Assembly: GCA_976551045.1 (NCBI GenBank)
Contig: CDPCPM010000280.1
Span: 3,162,001 to 3,226,000, forward strand
Direction of reading: 5' to 3'
From: Glaucostegus cemiculus
Lineage: Eukaryota
DNA: 64,000 bases
The position numbers and the translations under genes were made by a program. The notes below the pieces were generated by a model. It saw only the letters and a program-made list of their open reading frames with translations, was not told the origin of the DNA and made no database searches. Of the stretch, positions 23,850 through 35,464 are shown piece after piece (the stretch's first letter is position 1; each line of letters opens with the position of its first letter).

Positions 23850-25489
23850 CTGCAAAATAATAGAACAGAAAATTTGTACCATCTAAATTTCACAGTCAGT
23901 AAACCAGCTGTTTCTTGATTCTTTAAGGAGAAACTGTAATCACAATCTGAAAAATAAGCATTAAAAATGCTGGAAAATCACAAAGGGTTCTTCAGGGAAG
24001 CATGTATTAATCTTTTGGGTGAAGACCCATAAGAAACAAGTGAGATGCAGAGTTTCCACACAATTTATAAAGGCATCTTTATTGTCTGCACCAAATGATG
24101 GATCTGCTATGTTTCTTCAACACTTTCCATTTCTGTTGTAACACAAGGAGAAATTAATCTGTAAACTCAAAATTTTCTTTTTTTTATCAATAAATGTTTT
24201 CTCCCTTTGGTGCAACAAATAAGAAAAGGGAGTTTCCATGGAAGGCAATTTGTAAAATGATAACAAATTACAGCATTGAAAGGGGTTATTCAGCCAGTTA
24301 TTATTGGATTTAGCTCAAATTCCATTTCCCCATTGTAATTTGTGGCTTCTTTGCATTGTGGGGTTCACTCAAGCCTACAGGCAAGGCCTAATCTGCAGGT
24401 CCACCAGCAGATATTAACAAATAGAAAAAGTTGCCCTACCTAATGGCAAAGATTTTTTCAAGTTTTCACACCTATGCCACAAGTTGAGGTTCAATAACAA
24501 GTGCTCTTGCTATTCTAACAGTTGGTTGGCTGCACAATGCTTTCACTTGCTACATTTCTCTCCTCACCTTCTGTAGTGTTCCTTGTGTGCTAGCTCTTTA
24601 AGTAGGTATTCTTAAAGCATAAGATTTAAAGGTAAATGTTACTATACTGATGAATTTCAGTGGACATCATGGTCATATACTCACACACATTCACTTCTGC
24701 CAAGAGTTCCTGGACAGCAATCAAGAATGGACAGCAAGATGATTTTTTTTCTCTTCCCTCGCTAGCCCAGGGAGATAAAATATAGTAGCCTTATTCGACT
24801 TGCAGCCAAGATCAACAAGCATTGACCAAACCAAGGATCAAACCTTTCTGCTTTCTTGCCTAAGTATTCATGACCAATTTTAAGTAAAATTGGGACCACT
24901 CTGAAAAAAGCTTTTATATCCAAATTAAAATTGATGCTATAAGAGGGATAGTTTGACACAACAGGTCTACAGGGTTAAATTCTCACATCCAGCTTCAATT
25001 GATGAAATACTATATGGCAGAATCTATAGTGAACTGAACTCCTTCTCCCCTTTGGAATATGAATACCGTAATTAGTAAAGGAAACATTTTTTTCAAAAAG
25101 GTTTCCATCTGCTTACCATATATTCACCTTGAAGCCAACATTTCACAACCCTCAGAGCTTCAAAAGGCTATTAATAGTCTTATTAAATATAAAATGCTAA
25201 TGCACACTCCTTACTTTTTTATAAGATCTTTATTAGTCACATGTACATCGAAACACACAGTGAAATACATCTTTTGCGTAGTGAATCTGCAAAGTTCTGA
25301 CAACTTCTGTTTTCACCTAACCAACTTCTTCAGCCACTTCATTCTCTGTAGCATAGGCAAATACAATGTTAATCTGCTAATATTTAGCATCAATAATGAA
25401 AGTAAGTTAAAGAGAAGACTCTTTTAGTTACTTTCAATGAAACATTAAAATCTAAGAATGCTCCTTTAATTCTTATCACATTTAAAACC

Positions 25490-26450
25490 ATTTAAAATTG
25501 CTTTCCTCTGATAGTGGTCTGTTTCCAATCCAAAGTGATTCTGATTCCGTATCTGAACACCGCCCAGTTTAAGCACCTCCTGGGCTTGGATGTTGCAATT
25601 TGGCTGCAGAATTTCTCAGCCAAGCTGCTCAAAGGCATCTTGCCAAAGGTCTGGAACTTTGAGAGGGGGAAGAAAGGAAGGCCAGCAGACGAAGATACAA
25701 TATAAGGGTCAGTCTCTACCTATCTGTCCTATGAGTCCTACAGGCCAATCACGCTAAAGTAGCAATGGTCATGCAGTGGGTCTGCATTAGGGTAGTGTTG
25801 TTGCAGGTGACCAACAAGAAGAGAAAAAGAATGCTTTCTTGATCAGTAACTGCAAAACTCTGTGGAGTTCTTCATCTGAAACCAATCTGGCAAATTATTG
25901 CTATAATCTAGTTTAAGGGCTGGAATCCCCGACTGTGCACAAAGTGATTAGTCATCGACTCTAAACATTGACTCCCTGCGCTGGGGAGTTCAAAAATTTC
26001 CAGCTCCTCGCTTAGCAAATAAAATCAGAATGATTTATGGTGGAGAGCTCTTTTAAAAAAACAACCTGCCTACAAATTGTTTCCAAGAAATAGTTGCCTC
26101 GCAACTTGCTGGTTGGCGGGCACATAAAGTGAGTTGGATGAAAGAAAAGTGGACTGGTCTACTCATCTCCAAAGAACATCAAACTGACATTGAATTTAGA
26201 AGTGTTCTAATTGATAGGGAAGCAAAGATACAGTTTATGTTAAAAAGTCAATATTATGATCTGTTTTTTCAGTAACTCTTTCGATTGGTGATTTATTAAA
26301 TGGGAATTTTCTAAATAAATAGATGCATTGGCTACATTTTCTGAGCTGAATTTAATTTGCATTCTAAAATGCTAACATGGCCCATTGCCTGCTTATTCAT
26401 GTTAGCGATTGGCTCCTGCTCCACATAAATGGAACTCACAGAAGTTTGAA
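25490..26450 (-). promoter_or_regulatory. Candidate EVI1-type internal promoter / non-coding first exon region
   Basis: No recognisable TE, 1.6-2.6 kb upstream of the exon, several CCAAT boxes (~25745, ~25882, ~26284, ~26408), TTGGCGGG at ~26113; position analogous to mammalian EVI1 first exons. Confidence 0.4.
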
Positions 26451-28310
26451 ACTAAAAAGTTTCACTCTTTATTCTGAGGAATTTCCCTTTCTTTCCCCAT
26501 TCCACCTCTCTGGCAGAGTGGGATAACACATTTGGTCAAGAAAGTAAACAGCTGACCTGCTCCCAGCTCTTCAGAGTTAAGTGTTAGCCTTGGCTCAGTG
26601 GCTGGCACTCTTGCCTCTGAATCAGAAATTCTTACTTCAGTGCCTTAGCATGTAATTTTAGGCTCCTACTTCAGTGTACTGTGAAAGGAGTTCCAGGCTA
26701 GAAGCTTCTTTGCATAACACTGGTTTTTTTCGTGTGAAGGTATTTGCGGTGCTAAATGCTTATTGTGCACCTTTGAAAATTTACTCCAGATGACATGCAT
26801 CACATGTGTGGAGAAGGCTGGGCATTTGCAGTGATGCCAAACAAGATGCAATCCACACCTTGATGCCAGCATGCAAAATGCAGTGAATGGTTGAGGTCTG
26901 CTTCAGTACTATTTAAAGGGCACCAACTCTACACACCAGCTCTGGGGGATTTTGAGTTATCATTTTTCTCACAGGTATTCTTTAAAGATTTTGCTTGGTG
27001 TTAACTAACACTATGCATCCTCCCCTCACCCAATCACTCTCACTATGGTTTGCCTCTTTATTATATCTCCAACCATCAGCACTATCACCATCTTCACGTC
27101 CACTCCTCCACCCCCCAAGTTCATCACATTGGACCCCGACCTGATCACCTGCATGGCACTGACTCCATTGCATAATCATGTTTCTGACCCCATGCCCTTA
27201 TCCTTGACACTGTCTCTAGCCACATTACCCATCCCTTCCTTTGGGGTTGTCACTTATGTCAAAGCTGTGTCTTCCCTGATCCTATCCCTTCCGCAATAAT
27301 GATGCTGTCCTTCCCTGATATCGCTTCCCTTCCCTTCCCTTATCCTTCTGACATCCCTCTCCTACCATTCGCATGAATCCCAGCTCCTCTTTTAATTACA
27401 ATATCCCTCTGCAATGGCTATGGTATGAGAAGTAAAGCCTTTACTTGATTCTATTTCATATTACTGAATGTATTCTGTTCAGTGCCTTGGGCCTTGTATC
27501 TAAGGAGTCTTGAAGAATATTGTCTTGGGATCCCAGATTAATGTGCCTCCTTAGCCAAAGAAGAATTTTTAGGTTGGCCTTGCACAAATTAGCTGCTGTT
27601 TGCTTTAAATTACGATGTCCCCCAGTACATGCAAAATACTTCAGGACATCCAAGGGTCCTGAAAGATACCAAATAATAGCTTTTTTAAAAAAAAATCAAT
27701 CTTGTTCTGAACCATTGTGAATGAATCTGATCAGGTAGTTCTCTTCACTACAATTTTCCATGCCTCTTGCAGTTTCATTTCTGTGGGAATATCCAGATGA
27801 ACATAACATCTGAATTAACGTTTCAGAATTCCATTGGCGCACATTCTCTTGGATTAAAGTCTAAGTGCCTTAACATTGTATAAATTAAAGATTTCTATTA
27901 TAAAGAATTTAAATTTCCAGTCAAAATGGGACAATTCCATTCTTTTAGTCAAATATAGGATCAGAAACAGTGCAATGAGGAAGATTATGTACAGATCCAG
28001 AAAGAATGACCTGCCTTTTTTTACAACATAAGAATATCCCAAACATTTTTAAAACTGAGACATTACTTTTGAAGTCATTGCTGTAATGTCAGCAGCAAAT
28101 TTGTCACAAGATCCTATAAACAACAGTGACATTAAAGTTCACACAATTTGTTTGTAGCAATATGCACTAGAGAGAGATACTGGCCTCAACACCTGAAGAA
28201 TTTCTGTGCTCTTCAAATAGTGCTCAGGGTCCTTTAGATCAAAAGATACATCAGAGGCTCTGGTTCAATGCATCACTGATGCTGCACCACTCCAAATGTA
28301 CAACCTTGAT

Positions 28311-28676
28311 GGTATTGGTATTGGTTTATTATTGTCACTTGTACTGAGGGACAGTGAAAAGCTTGTCTTACAAACCAATCGTACAGTTCAATTCATTACA
28401 CAGTGCAGTTACATTGAGTTAGTACAAAGTGCATAGATGTAGTATAGGTAAAAGCAGTAACAGTACAGAGTAAAGTGTCACAGCTACAGAGAAGGTGCTG
28501 TGCAATAAGGTGCAAGGTCACAACAAGGTAGATCATGAGGTCATAGTCCATCTCATTGTACAAGGAAACCGTTCAATAGTCTTATCCCAGTGGGTTAGAA
28601 GCTGTCCTTAAGTCTGGTGGTATGTGCCCTCAGGCTCCTGTATCTTCTACCCGATGGAAGAGGAGAGAAGAGAGGA
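28311..28676 (-). mobile_element. Rex1/Babar-type LINE 3' end
   Basis: (ggtatt)n tail plus tttattattgtcacttgtac; close reverse complement of 47715-47946; ctaccCGATGGAAGAGGAGAGAAGAG is ORF end LFSPLPSGR on the minus strand. Confidence 0.8.
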
Positions 28677-28899
28677 TGATGAAGAACACACCTGCAACTA
28701 TTTGGACAGAAATAAATAACCAGCTACATGAGAAACCTGTGACATTTCCACTGACAACAGGAAGGCTATGTCCCTAAATGAAATCTGCTTTCTTGCAATT
28801 GAGAAGATAGCACCTTATAACAGATTCACTAGAGATCTGGGCAAAATTTACAGTTATTTTATCTCAATTTCTTTCAAACAAATGCTCACATTAACTTCA

Positions 28900-29230
28900 T
28901 TTCTTTAAAGTTCCATACAGTGATTAAGCCCATTATCCCTGAGCTGGCTATTTGGAAGAACTATCCAATTAAACCCAATCTCCTATTCTTTCCCCATATC
29001 CATGCAATATTTTCCTTTGTAAATATTTATTCAAATCCCTTTTGAAGTTAACATTGCTTCCATTATCCTTCAAGGCAGTTGGCTCCAGATCATAACAACT
29101 CACTTCACATCCATTCTGTTCATCTCCTCTCTGATACTTTCACCAAATACTTTTAAATATATTCTTCTGATTATCAATCCTCCTGTTGGTGGAAAGAGTT
29201 TCTCCCTACTTACTACATCAAACTTACTTT
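28900..29230 (-). mobile_element. Old CR1 3' fragment
   Basis: caaggcag..ttccagatcataacaactc resembles CR1 3' regions elsewhere in the window. Confidence 0.55.
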
Positions 29231-31179
29231 AATAATCCCAATTAAAGGAACATTGTTAGAACATAAATATTTTATATTTCAGTGCTTTTTGGATGAAGCT
29301 ACAGAGCTCCATGAAAACTGTTCACTGAGACACCACCAACTGTTCAATCCAACTGGAATGAAGACCTACTATAATACTTGTGACACCTGAAAACAGAATT
29401 AAAAATGTGTATGCTTAATTTTAAGCAGTTATTGGCAATACTCAGAGATGTTTAAGCTCCTTATGTTTCATTCAAAGTAGGTGAGAAAGAAAACAATTTG
29501 GCTGCCACATGCTATTGCTGAATTCTCAGTTAGTTTTAAAACTGGTTCCAAACTTCTATAATTGGTGCAAATACCATTTGTTTAAAAACAAATCCTAATG
29601 CAATTTCTTGGCAAAAGTACAGTGGGTGGAATATGATTCCTTTAACATTTTGGAATAATGAGATCCATTGTTTTTAAAAAATATACTTCTTAAGAATAGG
29701 GTTGGAAATTTTCACTGCTGAGATATTAATGACATTTAGGAAAATAAATCTTTAAACTCTAGCAAATTAACAACCAAGTAAAATCTGACAGAATAAGGTT
29801 GGCTTTTGGCTCTGTAATAACAGGCACAGTATTCCAAATGTAATTTAAAATCAATCACCTCAAGATTTCCTTGATGTAATTACTCAATGTATATAATGTA
29901 AATATGATCAACACAATTCAAGTTTTGGCAATCTAAAATATCAAATGCAAAATGATTCAGTCCATTTTCCTGTGAAACTGTAAATCTGCAGCCTTGGCAT
30001 ATTTATCCAGAATTCCTCAATTCTTTCTCTACTTTCCTTCTGCTCCTTCCCTCATCTAGTAAGTAATCTTTGCTTCATAACAGGGTGGTATTCAATTCCT
30101 TTGCAGGATCCATTCCATCAATTTACCATTCAGATAAATAGTTCATTGGGTGGAATGTTAATTCCTGGTGAGTTGAGCTCACCGTTATGCATTGAGTGGC
30201 TAAGGACTTTTTAATATGGTGCTGAATAAATAACTTTAGATTTCTCTTTCAATGTGGCACATTAGTTGACAATATGAAAGCTGCAATATATTTAACATCC
30301 TATTTAAAAATTAGATTTAAAATTTGGCACACAGGATTTTTAAAATCAATCTGTTATATTCAATAATTCAAAAGTCAATCACTTGTGGATCCCCTAGAGG
30401 TGGGAGATACAAAATTGGATATCAATAAATAGCTTTGTTAATTAAAATAGTTATGGGGAAATAGCCAGAAGATGAAATCATAAAAAAAACACATGTAAGA
30501 CCCTTACCGGGTATTTGTTCATGTTGCATTGCTAAAGATGGAGTGTTCCACTGCAATTTGTAGTGTTGCCCTATACCGTACTCCCTCCTCAGCCGATTGG
30601 CAATGCTAGTCTAATACCAGCTGCATAAATACTGCATAAAGGTGTAACTCAAGACCTTTAACTATCTGTGAATCACATGGTCTTTGGCTGATGCCTTCCC
30701 ATTGAGAAATGAAGCTCAGCTTCTCAGCTTGTGTGTAATTGTGGTTAAAATTTGCATTCTTGCAATCTACGCGCAATATGCTGAGCTTTCAATGTGCAAT
30801 ACCATTTCAACTAAATTCTTGACAAAATAAAGGGATACTGATTTCAGGACCAATACACAGAAGAATATGATGACAATGCCATCCTGTTACGGAGACAAAA
30901 AACCTGAAGTATATTTTCACACAACTCCAACAATTATGTGTCTACTCATGAACATTGAGCTAAGACATACAAATTCCAGTACTGACCATACTCAGATTTT
31001 GGTTGGGAAAACTGTAGAGGTCCTAGTGGAAAGTCCATTGATCCAGAGCAGACAGTATACAGGATGACGCTAATGTCGGCTACTGGTGAATATTCTGACG
31101 GGATTATCTGTCTAAGCTCTCAGTTCAATTACTGGGAAACTGGATAAAGGGAAAAGTTATCCAGAAAAATTTACTCAGA

Positions 31180-32460
31180 TGCTGACCATAACATGTTGCT
31201 CTTCTTCATAAGTGATGATACAATGATGATACAGTGTCAATTGTGAATGTATAATGATGATCTCTTCCACAGTTACCATGCATGTGATCTCCTCAAGAGT
31301 GACCATTCATTATTGTTCTTCACTATAAGTGATCATGCAAAATAGATCACAAAGTAGTTACTAATTTCAACAGTGATCTTACAATGCTGATCTCTCAACT
31401 GCGACATACGTGGCAATTCTCCTCTAGCATTCACTATACAGTACTGATCTTAATAATGATCTTTCAATGATCTCTTTGGCATTGACCATGCAACAGTGAT
31501 CTCAAATTGGCTGAGTAATACTAATGTCAGTTAATTATGATCATTGTAATAATCTTCTCAACAATGAACATGTATGGCTGATCTTCACTAACAGTGATCA
31601 TACAATACTTAAGTTAATAGTGAATTATAATACTGATTTCAGTAGTGATTCTTCTCTAACAGTAGTATACAGGGTTTTAACACTGACTAAATAAGGTTGA
31701 CCACTCCTAATGAGGGCCATGCAACATTATCCCTCCACTGACCATAAAGTGCTGATCAGCTGAGCTTAAACAATGAGGGCACAATTCTGATCTCTTTGAT
31801 AGCGAATACACTGAGATAATCTTTTCCACAATAAACATACAATACTGATCGCAACAATGAGCATACAATACTGATCTTCTCTAACAGTGACCACTCAGTG
31901 ATTATCTTCATTATTAGTGCTCATACAATGCTGATCTCCATCACAGTCACCATAAAATACTGATTTCTACATCAAATATATAATTCTTATCACCTCAATA
32001 CTTATCAATGAATCCTTTATCAGTGACTATGCAGTGTTTATTACCTTCATAACTGATCATGCAACATTGACATAGTTTATTAGAGAGCATAAAATATAAA
32101 AGCTTGCAATTAAAAAAATATGCTGGAGATACTTGGCAGGTTAGGCAGCACCTGTGTAGAAACAATTAATATTTCAAGTTGTTGCCTTTTATCTAAACTG
32201 GGTAAAATTTGAAATGTCACAGGTTTTAAGCAAGTGTGGGCTGGGGAGAGACGGATGAAAATGAAAGAAGAAAAAAGTTATGATAAGTAAAAGGCAGGTG
32301 AAGGGTAAGGCAGATGGTGATATAATGCTAATAAAAATAATACAGAATATTGTCCTCCTCTATCAGTGAGAACACAATGCTAATTACCTTCTTCAGTGAC
32401 CATACACTGCTGATTACCTTCATCAATGACTATACAACCTGTTCGCTTCCATCAGTGGCT
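31180..32460. repeat. Degenerate tandem array, ~30-bp unit (CAGTGACCATACAATGCTGATCTC..), interrupted at ~32090-32345
   Basis: Recurrent tgaccat/tgatcat..caat(g/a)ctgatct; the unit cagtgaccatacactgctgattaccttcat at ~32395 is 30 nt. Confidence 0.75.
32090..32215 (-). mobile_element. Penelope-like end inserted in the tandem array
   Basis: atgctggagatacttggcaggttaggcagcacctgtg is the reverse complement of the family tail. Confidence 0.6.
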
Positions 32461-35400
32461 AGTAAATAGTATGATTAAAAATTATGAACTGATTGTCAAA
32501 TGCAAAGAACTGGTTTGTTGTTAATGATGTTAATATTTGATAATGATAATGAAATAAATTTTATACCTCTATAGCTTTGCTGTATTTGTGAAATGTGACT
32601 AAAAAGGAAATAATTTATGTTGTATTTAATTGTTTCGTCCTCTCACATTTTTACTGAATAGTTTACCAAAGAAATTGAAGACTACTGTAAAGTTCTATAC
32701 AACAAATGGGAGTCCATGAACATTTTGACTGCTGCAGCACTGATTTCCCATATGCTTGGTTTAATAAGCTTGTTCCAACTAATTCCCCAACAAGGATGAA
32801 TGTGAATGAAAGCGCAGGAACAGGCCAAGTCTTAGTCGTTAAAATCTGCTAGCTTTCTTTCTCTCCTGTGCCTATCCCACACTGAGTGCTGATTAACATA
32901 TGTGCTACAATTTTATAGGGAAGCCTCCAATGGAACATCAAGAGGGGATTGATGTCACTTACTGTCTGTGCAAGTGTGCTCAGAATTGCCCCAAAAGAGT
33001 TTTCATGAAACACAGGATACTCTGATCACATTAGTAATTAGTTGACCAAAAATCTAGTTAAAAATCAATTACAACGCAATAGAATTTCTTGCCTGAGGAA
33101 CTGAACTTTTCATGCATTTTGTGTCTTCTTCTGAGAGATATAAATGAACAGGTAATTATGTTGTAAGTGACAGTACAAATCCATATATGAGAGGAAATTC
33201 CCTTACATAGGGCTAGGCAACTACTAAACAGAAAATAAAATGTTACCACGTGCTTATAATCTATTGTGATTACAGCATTTGGAAGTAGAGTTTGAATTGA
33301 AAATCGAAGTATGGAGGAGGTTCAAATTTTATAATTAGAGCTAGATTGAAAGATTGATTTGCAATTGCCAGGATGATTTTTCGACTTTGATCTACGAATG
33401 ATTTGCAATCCCTCTCTCCCCTCACCACCCTCCCCCAACCAAAGCAAACCACCACACTTCCCAAATACCGATTTAATGTTCTAAACCTCATATGTTAACT
33501 AGGACATTACATTATTAAATCAATTGACTTGATGTGGGTATTTTTTAGCATTTTGTTGCTGCAAATTTGACAAAGAATTCTAAAATGGAAATACTTTTGA
33601 ACTGATTGACACAAACTGTCCCCCTCATTCCTCAACAATCAGTACAAATGTGCGGAGACATGAGGTACAAAAAGAGAAAGGGCAGAGTGAGTAGGAGGAA
33701 GCAAAGAAAAGAAGAGATAGAATACAACAGCTGAGGAACAGAAGGAAACACAGTAAACGATGGCAGAATTCAAAACAGAGAATGCTAATGTAGGGGCTGG
33801 AAAGAGTGTAGGAAAAAGGGGAAAACTTGAGAGCAAAGAATAAAGAGAAACAACTCAAAATATTATATAGGAAGAGGGAACCAGAATAAATAAGGTAATT
33901 CTATCGAGATGTGGCTGTGAGGCTTTTATTTTGGTCAAGCAGGTATCTGGGGAAGTCCATCATCATGGTTAACAGTCTCCATACAAAGCCACTAAAAAAA
34001 CGTAAACCTGCAGAGATGTTGTCCACCTGAGATGAAGGTTCTCTTCGAGGAAACAATAAACCTATTTAAGTCTACAAAGCTTAGGGGCTCCGTGTACACA
34101 GTGCAGCAAAGCTAAGATTTAACTTCTTGCCAGGTGACAACACATATAACTTAATACAGATGTCAACTGTCAGGTTTTTGTTCAGATGACATTTATACTC
34201 CATGTGTCAGGTTGTCAACATTTTAGTCGAAAAAGCACCTTTATTTTTTTGCTATGATTGGAGTTTGTCAGCATCAATGACTTAGATTCCTTCTATCTTG
34301 GAAATGAAATGTCTACACAGATCTTTATTTATCTGTGTTGTAAAAATTTCAGTTCACAAACTAACATGCCAAACCTGGGATCCATCAATTATTTTAATTT
34401 CACATTTGAGATAAGGCCTTATAAGTAAAATTATCTTTGACTTGAAATGCAACATTTCAGAAGCATCAAAGATGCAGGAAAATGCACTCAGAATTAAATA
34501 CTTGATGAGATGACTGAGATCCCTCTAGAAAATCAGTGCTCAATGAATTCTAAATACACCATTGCTGCAATCTGAGTTTTGAGAAATTCAGTTTATTTTC
34601 TTATAAACCTCTGAGAATAATGCATTCCTCCATTTATGACTTGATGTCCATTTCTGAATTCATTCACTCCAATACTGACGGCTGTGACTTCCATTGTCTG
34701 GATCTTAAGCTCTTGAATTTCCCACCAAAACAATGACAGTTCACTGAGAACATTGTTGAAACCTAGAAGGCCCATCGTTCAGCTGATGTAAGTCTCTGTG
34801 TAAAAAAAAGTTGTGGGATTTTGCATTATAATTTAAAACAATTCTTCTATGCTGTCCCAAAGGAGTTCTAGATTGTTGAAGATGTTGTCTCTCCTCCTTC
34901 ACCTCTAAATATTTTGCCACTTAAAATGTTGACAGTTTTTGTTCACTTTGATTTGTGGAGGCTATTTGATACCTCCTTCCATTTGCAGCGGGAGCATGCT
35001 TTCTCCAAGGGCATGTATTGGTGTGCCTGGGACATAAATTTCCCTGATGGAAACACAAAATCACTGAACAAATAATTCTACAAAGTGAATTGTAAAGCAT
35101 ATAGTTAAGAAAACCAGATAACATCACAAACCACAAGATAAAATGAGGTTGCAGCTTTAAAAATCACTTTTTAAAAATAGATGATAAATCCATATTGTAC
35201 ATGTATTTAATTATGGACACTCCAGTGAAAGAGAGTGAATACAGGTGCTCCAGTACAAGCAATAATATCCTTAATGAAGGGTTAGCAATTGTTACCTAAT
35301 CTGTCAGTTGATTTGGTTGATGCCTCAGAAGTCTGTGCAGGATAATGGCCATATGGGATTGATTACAAGGCTTGATCTTATTGAGCAGTGTATACTTGTG

Positions 35401-35464
35401 GTTTTTGCTCATCCAAATGCGATGATATGATTACTAGCTTGAACTCTTTTATATATTTTCTTCT

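Noticed and set aside
23673-23882. 69-aa ORF as a standalone gene
   Set aside because: Only 23715-23849 is bounded by splice sites; the flanking residues are intron read-through
31180-32460. CRISPR-like array
   Set aside because: Units are contiguous and degenerate with no unique spacers, no cas genes, and the context is vertebrate
33625-33880. Hydrophobic membrane-protein-like ORFs
   Set aside because: Artefact of a GA-rich low-complexity tract (similar tracts at ~1960-2330 and ~60800-61030)
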